NCBI GenBank assembly: GCA_963843975.1
Contig: CAWJMG010000003.1
Span: forward strand, 870,001-902,000
DNA: 32,000 nucleotides
Reading direction: 5' to 3'
Source of the DNA: an uncultured Actinomycetes bacterium
GTDB taxonomy: Bacteria; Actinomycetota; Actinomycetes; S36-B12; CAIYMF01
In this document: piece after piece, positions 22,941 to 32,000 of the stretch
Layout: each line of letters opens with the position of its first letter
How positions within the stretch are numbered: position 1 is the first letter of the stretch
The notes under the pieces: model-generated
Database searches by the model: none
What the model saw: the letters and a program-made list of their open reading frames with translations, nothing else
Told to the model about the DNA's origin: nothing
Translations under genes and position numbers: made by a program

Positions 22941-23094
22941 CGCGTCGCCTCCCATCCGGACTCTGACCGTCGGCTCCGGATGACGCGCACCGTCGTGACG
23001 ACAGGTGCGTGCTGACCGGATCAACCGACCGCTGGATGCGGCCGGGTCGCGGGCTCTCACCGCCGGCTCGGAATTTCACCGACCCCGGGACGCG
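22941..23094 (-). promoter_or_regulatory. FMN riboswitch (RFN element) in the ribD leader
   Basis: The minus strand reads CGCGTCCCGGGGTCGGTGAAATTCCGAGCCGGCGGTGAGAGCCCGCGACCCGG...GGTTGATCCGGT...CCGGAGCCGACGGTCAGAGTCCGGATGGGAGGCGACGCG. All the hallmark RFN blocks are present (GGTGAAATTCC, CCGGCGGT, AGCCCGCGA, GGTTGATCCGGT, AGCCGACGGT-A-AGTCCGGATGGGAG), and a closing P1 helix forms (CGCGTC/GACGCG). A 107-nt expression platform separates it from ATG 22833. Confidence 0.88.
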
Positions 23095-23122
23095 CGAGCA
23101 GGTTCGCTCGTACGCGCTCAGA

Positions 23123-23812
23123 CTACCCGGCGGTGCACCACCACGACGCGGCGGTGGCCGCCTCCGCCTGCGCGGCGAGCGCCCTCACGGCGGCCGCGGG
23201 GTCGGCAGCGCCGTACACGGCGGACCCCGCGACGAAGACGTCGGCGCCCGCCTCGGCGCAGATCTCGATGGTCTCGGCGGACACGCCGCCGTCGACCTGG
23301 ATCCAGAGGTCGAGGTCGCGGCCCTTCACGAGCTCGCGGGCCCGACGGATCTTGGGCACCACGACGTCGAGGAACTTCTGGCCGCCGAAGCCAGGCTCGA
23401 CCGTCATGACGAGCAGCATGTCGATCTCCGGGAGGAGGTCGGCGTAGCCGTCGACGTCGGTGGCCGGGCGCAGCGCCATCCCGGCCCGGGCGCCGGCGGC
23501 CCGGATGTCGCGGGCGATCTTGATCGGCGCGGCCGCGGCCTCCACGTGGAAGGTCACCGACCCCGCGCCCGCCTCGGCGAACCCGGGGGCCCAGCGGTCC
23601 GGGTCCTCGATCATCAGGTGGCAGTCGACCGGCGTCGAGACCGCCGACAGGAGCCGCTCCACGATCGGGAGCCCCAGGGTCAGGTTGGGCACGAAGTGGT
23701 TGTCCATGACGTCGACGTGCAGCCAGTCGGCCGCGCCGGCCACGCGCTCGCACTCCTCGGCAAGCCGTGCGAAGTCGGCCGACAGGATGCTCGGAGAGAT
23801 CTGGACGCCCAT
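23123..23812 (-). CDS. rpe: Ribulose-phosphate 3-epimerase
   Basis: 229 aa from ATG 23812: [20 protein letters not shown]...[15 protein letters not shown]...[12 protein letters not shown]...IQVDGGV. Confidence 0.92.
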   Translation of the reverse strand: MGVQISPSILSADFARLAEECERVAGAADWLHVDVMDNHFVPNLTLGLPIVERLLSAVSTPVDCHLMIEDPDRWAPGFAEAGAGSVTFHVEAAAAPIKIARDIRAAGARAGMALRPATDVDGYADLLPEIDMLLVMTVEPGFGGQKFLDVVVPKIRRARELVKGRDLDLWIQVDGGVSAETIEICAEAGADVFVAGSAVYGAADPAAAVRALAAQAEAATAASWWCTAG

Positions 23813-23918
23813 GGTCCCGAGGCTATCCCGGTGCCCTGCGCGAGCGACGGACGTGCCTCGCGCCTCGTGTCCGTGCCCTGTGGGACGATCCCTCCCAACC
23901 TGATGCGAGGAGGCGGAC

Positions 23919-25196
23919 GTGCGAGACGGTTCCACGGAGCCAGCTGCACTCCCGAGCTGGCTGCGCGTCGAGCACGGCGACTCGCGCGAGCGGACCCGCG
24001 CCGTCAACGCGCTCGTGGTGCTGTACGGCGTGGCCGTGGTCGGTGCCGTCGCGACCGTCCCCCTGGTGCTGGTCCCCGGCGGTGTCCTCGCCGGGCTCAC
24101 CTGCATAGCCGTCACTCTCACCGCGGTCTTCAGCGCGCTCCTCGTACGCGCCGGGCACCTCTCGGCCGGCCTCGCGCTGTTCTTCGGCGTGGTGATGGTC
24201 GGCAACGTCGTCGCCGTCACGGTCACCGACGACGCGCGACTCACCGCGATCTACTGCGTGATCCCGGTCGCCATCGCAGGCGTGACCCTCACAACCCGCT
24301 GGGCGCTCGTCGTCACCGCATCGGCCGCCCTCATCGGCATCGTCGGCACCTGGCTCTTCCCCCCGGGCCACGGCGACCACCCGCCGATCATGCGCGACGA
24401 GATCATCACCACCTCGCTGATCCTCATGGCCGCGGTGCTGGTCACCTCCTCGCTCGGGAGCTGGGGGCAGAAGCGGGAGGCGGCTCGCGCCGATCTGGAG
24501 GCCCAGCGGGCGACCCAGCTGGCGGAGTCGCTGCGCCGCACCAACGCCGAGCTCGAGCGTCGCGTCGACGAGCGCACCGACGACCTCCAGCTCGCGCTGT
24601 CGCAGCAGGAACGTCTCGTGGGCGAGCTCGCCGAGCTCTCGATGCGCGACCCCCTGACCGGCCTGCACAACCGCCGTCACGCCGAGCACGAGCTGCCGCG
24701 CATGACCGCCACCGCCGACCGCTACCGGCAGCCGCTGTCGATGGCGCTCGTCGACCTCGACCACTTCAAGCAGGTCAACGACCGCTACTCCTACGCGGTC
24801 GGCGACGAGGTGCTGCTGCGCTTCACTGCGATCCTTCGTGAGAACGCGCGCGGCTCCGACGTCGTGGTGCGCTACGGCGGCGAGGAGTTCCTGCTCGTCA
24901 TGCCGCAGACCACCCTCGAGCAGGCGCTCGTGCTGTGCGAACGGCTGCGCTCGGCCGTCGAGTCGTACGCCTGGTCCGAGGTGCAGCCGACGCTCCGCCT
25001 CACGACGAGCATCGGCGTCGCCGACAACCGCGAGCGGGACCTCCGCGGCGTCACCGCGGCCATGGACGCAGCCCTGCACAGCGCAAAGCGGGATGGCCGC
25101 AACCAGGTCGTCGCGGCGCCGGCGTCGGGCAGCGTTCCGGCGCAGACCGACAACGGGTCGGCCCTGGACTCCGGCGTCGCGGCCGAGCGCGACTAG
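23919..25196 (+). CDS. Membrane-anchored diguanylate cyclase (GGDEF domain, GGEEF active site with RxxD I-site)
   Basis: This is the only convincing plus-strand gene. It starts at GTG 23919, with GAGGAGG 5 nt upstream. The N-terminal ~190 aa are hydrophobic, with about 5-6 predicted TM segments. A coiled-coil-like linker follows ([34 protein letters not shown]), then the GGDEF domain: [10 protein letters not shown]...[23 protein letters not shown]...[19 protein letters not shown]. Confidence 0.88.
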   Translation: MRDGSTEPAALPSWLRVEHGDSRERTRAVNALVVLYGVAVVGAVATVPLVLVPGGVLAGLTCIAVTLTAVFSALLVRAGHLSAGLALFFGVVMVGNVVAVTVTDDARLTAIYCVIPVAIAGVTLTTRWALVVTASAALIGIVGTWLFPPGHGDHPPIMRDEIITTSLILMAAVLVTSSLGSWGQKREAARADLEAQRATQLAESLRRTNAELERRVDERTDDLQLALSQQERLVGELAELSMRDPLTGLHNRRHAEHELPRMTATADRYRQPLSMALVDLDHFKQVNDRYSYAVGDEVLLRFTAILRENARGSDVVVRYGGEEFLLVMPQTTLEQALVLCERLRSAVESYAWSEVQPTLRLTTSIGVADNRERDLRGVTAAMDAALHSAKRDGRNQVVAAPASGSVPAQTDNGSALDSGVAAERD

Positions 25197-25199
25197 CGC

Positions 25200-26618
25200 T
25201 CAGTCGGTACGGCGCAGCAGCGCGAGGTACATGCCGTCCGTGCCGTGGACGTGCGGCCACAGGCGCAGGTCCGGGCCGTCCCCGAGGTCGTCGACCTCGG
25301 GCAGCAGCGGCGGCACGTCGATCCGCTCGACTCCCCCGCGCGCGATCGCGTCCGCCACGACCTCGGTGGTCTCGGCCAGGTGCGGCGAGCAGGTGGCGTA
25401 CCCGACGACGCCGCCGACGCGGACCGCATCCAGGGCCGACGCCAGCAGGCGCCGCTGCAGGGCAGCGAGCTCCGAGACGTCCGCCGGGGTGCGCCGCCAG
25501 CGGGACTCCGGCCGTCGGCGAAGCACGCCGAGGCCGGTGCACGGCGCATCGAGCAGGACGCGGTCGAACGTGCCGGGGCGCCACGGGCCCTCGGTGCCGT
25601 CGGCGGTCACCACGAGGTGGTGGCCGGGTGCGAGGCCGAGCGCCTGCGCGACGAGACCTGATCGGTGGTGGGTGCGGTCGGCCGCCAGCAGTGCGGCGCC
25701 GCGCTCGAGGCCGAGGCCGGCGAGCAGAGCGGCCTTGCCGCCTGGGCCGGCCGCCATGTCGAGCCAGGCACGGTCCGGGCCGTCGATCTCCGCGCGCGAC
25801 AGCGCGATGGCCACGAGCTGGCTGCCCTCGTCCTGCACGCCGACATCGCCGGACCGGACGCCCGCGATCTCACCGGGCGCGCCTCCCTCGAGGGCGACGG
25901 CGTACGGCGACCAGCGGCCGCGGTGGGTGTGCGGCAGCTCGAGCAGCTCGTCGACCGTGCCGCGCCCAGGACGCGCCACGAGGGTGACGGAGGCGTTCTC
26001 GTTGTCGGCGACGAGGAGGTCCTCGGTATCGGCCCACGAGGCAGCGCCCCGCCACGACGAGAGCGCGTCGTGCAGCGCCTCGACCACCCAGCGCGGGTGC
26101 GACTGCACGACGGCCAGGTGACCCGCAGGATCGGACTGCGGGTCCGGGGCGACGATGTCGACCCACTCGTCGAGGTCGTGCCGCCCGACCTTGCGCAGCA
26201 CGGCGTTCACGAACCGCGAGCGGGACTCGCCGCCGACGAGGCGGGCGAGCTGCACGGTCTCGCCGACCGCGGCGTGCGGTGGCGTGCGCAGCAAGAGCAG
26301 CTGCTGCGCTCCGAGGCGGAGCACGTCGAGGACCGGCTCGTCGACCTCGGCGAGCGGCCGGTCGACGCACGCCGCGAGCACGGCGTCGAGGAACCCGCGC
26401 CGGCGCAGGGTGCCGTAGGCGAGCGTGGTGGTGAACGCGGCGTCGCGGCCGTGCAGGTCGGCCTCGGCGATCACCTGCGGGGCGACGAGGTTGGCGTACG
26501 CCTCCTCCGAGCCGACCGCGCGCAGGATGTCGTAGGCGGCGAGTCGCGACGGATCCGTGGGGCGGCGGTCGCCGCGCCACTGGACGGGACGGCTGTGGTG
26601 GCCGCGGTCCTCGCCCAT
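25200..26618 (-). CDS. rsmB: 16S rRNA (cytosine-C5)-methyltransferase RsmB/Sun (Fmu)
   Basis: 472 aa from ATG 26618, which shares one base with the fmt stop. It has a NusB-like N-terminal region, then the SAM methyltransferase motifs LDMAAGPGGKAA, DRVLLDAPCTGLGVLRRRPE and VVGYATCSPHLAE. Confidence 0.88.
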   Translation of the reverse strand: MGEDRGHHSRPVQWRGDRRPTDPSRLAAYDILRAVGSEEAYANLVAPQVIAEADLHGRDAAFTTTLAYGTLRRRGFLDAVLAACVDRPLAEVDEPVLDVLRLGAQQLLLLRTPPHAAVGETVQLARLVGGESRSRFVNAVLRKVGRHDLDEWVDIVAPDPQSDPAGHLAVVQSHPRWVVEALHDALSSWRGAASWADTEDLLVADNENASVTLVARPGRGTVDELLELPHTHRGRWSPYAVALEGGAPGEIAGVRSGDVGVQDEGSQLVAIALSRAEIDGPDRAWLDMAAGPGGKAALLAGLGLERGAALLAADRTHHRSGLVAQALGLAPGHHLVVTADGTEGPWRPGTFDRVLLDAPCTGLGVLRRRPESRWRRTPADVSELAALQRRLLASALDAVRVGGVVGYATCSPHLAETTEVVADAIARGGVERIDVPPLLPEVDDLGDGPDLRLWPHVHGTDGMYLALLRRTD

Positions 26619-27559
26619 CAGGCGGCCCCGTCCGCACCGAGGCGCACGCCGGGCTCGGGACGGGTGCCGCGCGCCCAGTCGGCCGCGGCCATCGCCTTCT
26701 TGCCCTGGGCCCGCACCTCGCCGAGCACCACGGCGTGCGTGGTGGTGCCCACGCGGACGCGGTTCTTGTCGACGGCGACCTCGCCCGGCGCGAGGGAGGT
26801 GTCGTCGGCCAGCAGCGAGACGGGGCCGAGCTTGAACCGCTCGCCGAGGTACGTCGTCCACGCGCCGGGCGCGGGGGTGCACGCGCGCACCTGGCGGTCG
26901 ACGCGGATGGCGGGCTGCGACCAGTCGACGCGTGCGTCCTCGACGGTGATCTTCGGGGCGAGCGAGATGCCGTCGGCGGGCTGCGTGGCGCCGACGAGGG
27001 CGCCGGCCTCGAGCCCATCCATGGTGGCGACGAGCAGGCCCGCACCTGACACGGCGAGGCGGCCGAGGAGGTCGCCGCTGGTGTCGGTCGGGCGGACGGT
27101 CTCGGTGACGACGCCGTACACGGGGCCGGTGTCGAGGCCCTCCTCGAGCAGGAACGTCGAGGCACCGGTGACGTCGTCGCCGTGCCAGACCGCGTGCTGC
27201 ACGGGGGCGGCGCCGCGCCAGGCGGGCAGCAGCGAGAAGTGGAGGTTGACCCAGCCGATCCGCGGGATGTCGAGCGCGGCGCGCGGCACGAGGGCGCCGT
27301 ACGCCACGACGGGGCAGCAGTCGGGGGCGATCTCGGCGAGGCGGCCGAGGAAGTCGGGGTCGCGCGGCTTCTCGGGCTTGAGCACCTCGATGCCGTGCTC
27401 GGCGGCGAGGTCGGCGACGGGCGAGGCCTGCAGCGAGCGGCCGCGCCCGGCGGGCGCGTCCGGGCGCGTCACGACGGCGACGACCTCGTGCTGCGAGGCG
27501 ATGAGGGCGGACAGCGACGGGAGGGCGACCTCCGGCGTGCCCGCGAAGACCAGGCGCAC
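26618..27559 (-). CDS. fmt: Methionyl-tRNA formyltransferase
   Basis: 313 aa from GTG 27559, 2 nt after the def TAG stop: [16 protein letters not shown]...[13 protein letters not shown]...[23 protein letters not shown]... Confidence 0.9.
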   Translation of the reverse strand: MRLVFAGTPEVALPSLSALIASQHEVVAVVTRPDAPAGRGRSLQASPVADLAAEHGIEVLKPEKPRDPDFLGRLAEIAPDCCPVVAYGALVPRAALDIPRIGWVNLHFSLLPAWRGAAPVQHAVWHGDDVTGASTFLLEEGLDTGPVYGVVTETVRPTDTSGDLLGRLAVSGAGLLVATMDGLEAGALVGATQPADGISLAPKITVEDARVDWSQPAIRVDRQVRACTPAPGAWTTYLGERFKLGPVSLLADDTSLAPGEVAVDKNRVRVGTTTHAVVLGEVRAQGKKAMAAADWARGTRPEPGVRLGADGAA

Positions 27560-27561
27560 GC

Positions 27562-28108
27562 CTAGAGCCAGCGCGAGCTGATCGAGTGCGGCGAGAGCTT
27601 GACCTGCGGCGCCTGCTGGCCGAACCACTCGGCCTCGCGGATGGCCTTCATGGCCTCCTTGCGCGTCTCGGCGTCGAGACGGTCGACGAACATGATGCCG
27701 TCGAGGTGGTCCGTCTCGTGCTGGATGCAGCGGGCCATGCAGCTCGGACCCCTCGAGGATCACGGGCTCGCCGTGCATGTTCATGCCCTTGGCCACCACG
27801 CGCATCGAGCGGCGGGTGTTGAAGGCGAGGTCGGGCACCGAGAGGCAGCCCTCGTCGCCTTCCTGCATCTCGTCCGACAGGTCGAGCACCGGGTTGATGA
27901 GGTGGCCGATCTCGTCGTCGACGTCGTACGTGAACACCCGCAGGCTGACACCGAGCTGGGGTGCGGCCAGGCCGGCGCCGGGGGCGTCGAGCATCGTCTC
28001 GGTGAGGTCCTTGACGAGCTTTCGGAGCTCCTTGTCGAAGGTGGTCACCTCGGCGGCGGGGGTCGTGAGCACCGGGTCGCCGAAGAGGCGGATGGGCTTG
28101 ACGGCCAC
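27562..28108 (-). pseudogene. def: Peptide deformylase, interrupted by an apparent +1 single-base insertion at ~27739-27745, just before the HExxH motif (could be a sequence error)
   Basis: The N-terminal frame (GTG 28108, AGGAG 7 nt upstream) reads [14 protein letters not shown]...[10 protein letters not shown]...EGCLSVP...[11 protein letters not shown] and then nonsense that runs into the fmt frame. My own translation of the next frame gives [58 protein letters not shown]. The span is 547 nt, which is 3n+1. Confidence 0.85.
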
Positions 28109-28199
28109 GCGGGGGCTCCTGAACTAGGCGCGGGAGGGCGAGATGCGGGCGCCAGTCTACGTTCTGGCGCTCCGTGGCCGCGCCCGGCGTCGAGCGTGG

Positions 28200-30293
28200 T
28201 CAGCCGAGCGAGGCGGGATCGACGCGGACGCCGACCGGGCCGCCCTCCTTGCGTGCGCTGCGCACGCTGGCCGCCGCCTTGAGCGCCGTGGCCAGGGCAG
28301 GGCCCGCAGCGCGGGGTGCGACGACGAGGGCTCGCGACCTCGGCTCGCCGTCGGTTGCCCGACCCGCCCGGCGCACGGGCTCGACCCGGACCGGGCCGAG
28401 GACGCTCCCGCCGTCGGGGAGGCGGAGGTGCCCGAGGAAGTCCTGGACGTCGCCGGGCGCACCCACGACCTCCGCGACGCGCCAGGCGGGCGGGAGCCGC
28501 AGCTGCTCGCGCTCGGCGAGCTCGCGCGCGGCGAAGCCGCCCGGGTCGCTGCGGACCACGGCCTGCACGGGAGCGAGCCCGGGGTCGGCCACGAGGACGA
28601 CGACCCCTCCGTCGGCGGCCGTGCGGACCAGCGACACCGCGGCCGTCCAGCGGCGCACGGCCTCCTCGGCGGCGCGCAGGTCGGGGCGGTCGAGGACGGC
28701 GCGGCCGTCGAGCAGCAGGGCGGCGGCGTACCCACCCTCGGCCCGGGGCTCAGCACCGGGCGTGGCGACGACGATGGCGGGCCTGCCGTCGACGGAGTCG
28801 AGGACGCCGGCGCCGCCCGGGTCGCGCCCGGACGTGCGGACGGGGACGCCGGGGAATGCGCGGCCGAGCTCCTCCGCCGTACGCCGCTCCCCCACGGACA
28901 CCGCGCGCAGGCGAGTGCCTCCGCACGACTCGCACGCCCAGTCGCCCGCGAGGCGGCCGCACCAGCCGCACACCGGCACGGCGTGGCCGCTCGAGACGCC
29001 GAGCGGCCCGTGGCAGTGGCGGCAGCGCGCAAGGGCGCGGCAGGTCTGGCAGGCGAGCGCGGGGACGTAGCCGCGCCGGGGCACCTGCACGAGCACCGGG
29101 CCGCGGGCGAGGGCCTGCCGGGCGGCGTCCCAGGCGACGTGAGGCAGCCGGGCGGTCTTGGCGGCCTCGTCGCGCGCGAGGTCGGCGTCGCCGCCGACGG
29201 TGACGAACCGCGGCGCGAGCCGACGCACCTCGGTGCGCGGCGCGACCACCTCGCGGGCCCAGCCCTGCTCGACGAGCGCGGCGGCCTCGACCGAGCGGGA
29301 GGTCGAGCCGAGCACCAGCGCGGCGCCGGTGATGGTCGAGCGCAGCGCGAGCACCTCGCGGGCGTGCCAGTAGGGAGCGTGCGGCTCGGCGAGGCTGTCG
29401 TCGCCGTCGTCCCAGAGGACGACGAGGCCGAGGTCGGCCACCGGCGCGAAGACCGCGGCCCGGGTGCCGAGCACCACCTTCACGTGGCCGCGGCGCACCT
29501 GGAGGAACGCCCGGTAGCGGGCTGCGGGGCCGAGGTCGGCGGTGAGGACGCGGAAGGCGTCGGCGCCGAGCCGCTCGGACAGGGCGGTCGAGAGGCGGGC
29601 GACGTCGCGGGCGTCGGGGGCGACGACGAGCACGCCGCGACCCGCCCCGGCCGCGGCAGCCACGAGGTGAGCGACGGCGTCGACAGGGTCGGCGCCGGGC
29701 ACGGAGGTCCAGACCGCGCGCGGACCGGGCTGCTCCGGCGTGAACGCGATCGCGGAGTCGCCGACGCGGCGCACGAGCGCAGGGCCCCCGGAGTACGGCG
29801 CCCACGCCCCCGGGTCGTCGCCCGTGACCGGCTCGACGAACGGCTCGTCGGGCGTGCCCTCGGCGTCGAGCGCCGTCTCGGTGGCGGCGTGCCGCGGCGG
29901 CACCGCAGCGCGCAGGACGTCGGCGAGGGATCCGGCCCAGCGGTCGGCGACGGCCCGCGCGAGCAGCGCGATCTCGGGCGCGAGGACGGGGTCGGGGCTC
30001 ACGACCTTGGCGATGCGCTCGATGCGGCCGGTGTGCTCGCTCTCGGCCGCGCGCTCGAGCACCCATCCGTCCACGAGCTTGCCGGAGAAGCGCACGCGCA
30101 CCCGCGCGCCGGGCACGGCCTCGGCCGAGAGCGGCTCGGGCACGAGGTAGTCGAATGCGCGGTCGAGGTGAGGCAGGGCGACGTCGACGCAGACCCGGGC
30201 CACGGGGTCGACCTCGGCCGGGCCCGGCGCCGCGCGCACGCGAGCCTTGCGCACGGTGCTCGCCACGAGGGCGAGCTGCTCGGGCTCGGTCAC
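28200..30293 (-). CDS. priA: Primosomal protein N' (PriA) homologue with degenerate helicase ATPase motifs
   Basis: 697 aa from GTG 30293, which overlaps the GNAT stop (GTGA). It has the PriA N-terminal block ARVCVDVALPHLDRAFDYLVPE...GARVRVRFSGKLVDGWV and the Cys-rich zinc region CQTCRALARCRHCHGPL...CGWCG...CESCGG. No GxxxxGK[ST] P-loop is visible; the aligned position reads [10 protein letters not shown]. The DExH position reads WDDGDD. Confidence 0.85.
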   Translation of the reverse strand: MTEPEQLALVASTVRKARVRAAPGPAEVDPVARVCVDVALPHLDRAFDYLVPEPLSAEAVPGARVRVRFSGKLVDGWVLERAAESEHTGRIERIAKVVSPDPVLAPEIALLARAVADRWAGSLADVLRAAVPPRHAATETALDAEGTPDEPFVEPVTGDDPGAWAPYSGGPALVRRVGDSAIAFTPEQPGPRAVWTSVPGADPVDAVAHLVAAAAGAGRGVLVVAPDARDVARLSTALSERLGADAFRVLTADLGPAARYRAFLQVRRGHVKVVLGTRAAVFAPVADLGLVVLWDDGDDSLAEPHAPYWHAREVLALRSTITGAALVLGSTSRSVEAAALVEQGWAREVVAPRTEVRRLAPRFVTVGGDADLARDEAAKTARLPHVAWDAARQALARGPVLVQVPRRGYVPALACQTCRALARCRHCHGPLGVSSGHAVPVCGWCGRLAGDWACESCGGTRLRAVSVGERRTAEELGRAFPGVPVRTSGRDPGGAGVLDSVDGRPAIVVATPGAEPRAEGGYAAALLLDGRAVLDRPDLRAAEEAVRRWTAAVSLVRTAADGGVVVLVADPGLAPVQAVVRSDPGGFAARELAEREQLRLPPAWRVAEVVGAPGDVQDFLGHLRLPDGGSVLGPVRVEPVRRAGRATDGEPRSRALVVAPRAAGPALATALKAAASVRSARKEGGPVGVRVDPASLG

Positions 30294-30886
30294 GAGGACG
30301 TTCTACCGGACCCCTCTGTCCGTGCGCGCCACTCCTCCACCGTCAGCCGGTAGACGACGTGCGGCGCCCACCAGTCGCCGGGCCCGGCGAGCGGGTGCGT
30401 GAAGACGCCGTCGTACCTCATGCCGAGGCGCTGCATCACGGCCTGGGACGCGAGGTTCGGCGGCACCGTGAACGACACGATCTCGGTGAGACCGGCGTCG
30501 TCGAAGCCGGCCCGCAACGAGGCCTCCGCCGCCTCGGAGGCGATGCCGAGGCCCCACCAGTCGCGCGCGAGGCGCCAGCCGATCTCGACGCAGGGATCGG
30601 TGGCGGCGAACGGCGGATCGAACCGCGGGACGGCGAGGCCGACGAAGCCGACGAAGCCGGCCGCACCGCGCTCGGACTCCAGCACCTCCACGGCCCAGAG
30701 CCCGAAGCCGCGCGCGTCGTGGTTGGACTCGATCCGCTCGACCATGGCATCGGACCCGGCGCGGTCGAGAGTCGAGGGGAACCAGCGCATCACCTCGGCG
30801 TCGGCGTTCATCGCGGCGAACGGCTCGAGGTCGCTCTCGCGCCAGCGCCGCAACGACAACCGGGACGTCCGCAGACTCGTGGTCAT
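30290..30886 (-). CDS. GNAT-family N-acetyltransferase (RimJ/RimL-like)
   Basis: 198 aa: MTTSLRTSRLSLRRWRESDLEPFAAMNADAEVMRWF...GFVGLAVP...EIGWRLARDWWGLGIASEAA. This is the typical Acetyltransf_3-type pattern. Confidence 0.8.
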   Translation of the reverse strand: MTTSLRTSRLSLRRWRESDLEPFAAMNADAEVMRWFPSTLDRAGSDAMVERIESNHDARGFGLWAVEVLESERGAAGFVGFVGLAVPRFDPPFAATDPCVEIGWRLARDWWGLGIASEAAEASLRAGFDDAGLTEIVSFTVPPNLASQAVMQRLGMRYDGVFTHPLAGPGDWWAPHVVYRLTVEEWRARTEGSGRTSS

Positions 30887-30914
30887 GCGGACGCCCCGGT
30901 GCTGTCGTCGACGG

Positions 30915-32000
30915 TCAGACGCCGGCCGCGGCCTTGAGCGCGTCGGCGCGGTCGGTGCGCTCCCACGAGAAGTCCGGCAGCTCGCGGCCGAAGTGGCCGT
31001 ACGCCGCGGTCTGCGCGTAGATCGGGCGCAGCAGGTCGAGGTCGCGGATGATCGCGGCCGGGCGGAGGTCGAACACCTGGAGCACGGCGGCCTGGATCTC
31101 GCTGTCGGCCTTCACGCCGGTGCCGAAGGTCTCGACGAACACGCCGACGGGGTGCGCCTTGCCGATCGCGTACGCGACCTGCACCTCGCAACGGCGGGCA
31201 AGACCGGCGGCCACGACGTTCTTGGCGACCCAGCGCATCGCGTACGCCGCGGAGCGGTCGACCTTGCTCGGGTCCTTGCCCGAGAACGCGCCGCCGCCGT
31301 GACGGGCCATGCCGCCGTAGGTGTCGACGATGATCTTGCGGCCGGTGAGGCCGGCGTCGCCCATCGGGCCGCCGATCTCGAAGCGGCCGGTCGGGTTGAC
31401 CAGGAGGCGGTAGCCCTCGGTGTCGATGCCGAGGCCCTCGAGCTCGGGCGCGACGACGAGCTCGGCGATGTCCGGCGTGAGCAGGGTCGCGAGGTCGATG
31501 TCGGCGGCGTGCTGCGAGGAGACGACGACGGTGTCGAGGCGGACGGCCTTGTCGTCCTCGTCGTACTCGATGGTGACCTGGGTCTTGCCGTCCGGGCGGA
31601 GGTACGGGATCGCGCCGTCCTTGCGGACCTGCGACAGGCGCTGCGCCAGGCGGTGCGCGAGGTGGATCGGCAGCGGCATGAGCTCGGGGGTGTCGTCGCA
31701 TGCGTAGCCGAACATCAGGCCCTGGTCACCGGCGCCCTGCTTGTCGAGGTCGTCGACGGCCTCGCCCTCGCGGTCCTCGATCGCGTCGTCGACGCCCTGG
31801 GCGATGTCGGGGCTCTGCGCCCCGATGGCGACGTTGACGCCGCACGAGGCGCCGTCGAAGCCCTTCTTGCTCGAGTCGTAGCCGATCTCGAGGATGCGCT
31901 CGCGCACGATCGTCGGGATGTCGACCCAGCCGGAGGTGGTGACCTCACCGGCCACGTGCACCTGGCCCGTGGTGATGAGGGTCTCCACGGCGACGCGGCT
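30915..32000 (-). CDS. metK: S-adenosylmethionine synthase, C-terminal ~360 codons (the 5' end lies beyond the right edge of the window)
   Basis: The frame stays open to position 32000 ([22 protein letters not shown]...). MetK signatures are present: [40 protein letters not shown] and [19 protein letters not shown]. Confidence 0.93.
   Translation of the reverse strand, partial: SRVAVETLITTGQVHVAGEVTTSGWVDIPTIVRERILEIGYDSSKKGFDGASCGVNVAIGAQSPDIAQGVDDAIEDREGEAVDDLDKQGAGDQGLMFGYACDDTPELMPLPIHLAHRLAQRLSQVRKDGAIPYLRPDGKTQVTIEYDEDDKAVRLDTVVVSSQHAADIDLATLLTPDIAELVVAPELEGLGIDTEGYRLLVNPTGRFEIGGPMGDAGLTGRKIIVDTYGGMARHGGGAFSGKDPSKVDRSAAYAMRWVAKNVVAAGLARRCEVQVAYAIGKAHPVGVFVETFGTGVKADSEIQAAVLQVFDLRPAAIIRDLDLLRPIYAQTAAYGHFGRELPDFSWERTDRADALKAAAGV

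Noticed and set aside
22830-23409. Small ORFs overlapping the ribD leader and the rpe 3' end (for example 22830..23060 on the minus strand, and 23005..23409 and 23133..23447 on the plus strand).
   Set aside because: This region is fully accounted for by the FMN riboswitch and rpe. The translations are Arg/Pro-rich and low in complexity.
26618-28108. A 496-aa ORF suggesting a Def-Fmt fusion protein.
   Set aside because: The Def part loses its conserved sequence at residue ~123 and is followed by ~60 nonsense residues before the fmt start. The authentic Def C-terminus, with HExxH and a TAG stop, is in the neighbouring frame. The apparent fusion is a by-product of the single-base insertion.
28143-30353. 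ORFs on the plus strand and in alternative minus-strand frames across priA (28143..30353 of 736 aa, 28316..29203, 28750..30066, 28157..29032).
   Set aside because: They are extremely Arg/Gly/Pro/Ala-rich shadow frames of priA and contain no motifs.

Overview
High-GC actinobacterial-type chromosomal core region. I call 33 protein genes, 32 of them on the minus strand in one co-directional array: metK(partial)-GNAT-priA-def-fmt-rsmB, then a GGDEF cyclase on the plus strand, then rpe, an FMN riboswitch, ribD-ribE-ribBA-ribH-hisE-hisG, an SseB-like gene, aqpZ, infC-rpmI-rplT, a TrmH-family methyltransferase, two paralogous uncharacterised oxygenase-like genes, pheS-pheT, an SDR, argC-argJ-argB-argD-argR-argH, mpg and tyrS(partial). 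Many gene junctions are 1- or 4-nt overlaps (ATGA/GTGA), which implies long translationally coupled operons. I saw no rRNA, tRNA, CRISPR array, transposase, integrase, phage or recognisable defence genes, so this is mostly ordinary housekeeping DNA. Four things deserve a second look. (1) A tandem pair of uncharacterised genes with an HxD...H...R pattern sits inside the otherwise conserved infC-rpmI-rplT-trmH-pheST translation locus, and each has its own related upstream region. (2) Five core genes (argH, argC, hisG, ribH, def) each carry an apparent single-base insertion, and all five can be placed inside a GAGCTC (Glu-Leu) hexamer. That suggests a systematic assembly or base-calling artefact or a site-specific mutational scar, rather than random decay. 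(3) argB and argD form one continuous ORF with no stop codon between them. (4) ribH is coupled to hisE by an ATGA overlap, which places his genes downstream of the FMN riboswitch. All gene identities come from my own reading of conserved motifs in the supplied translations and in my own translations. No database search was possible. The long plus-strand ORFs in the track are antisense shadow ORFs typical of high-GC DNA.
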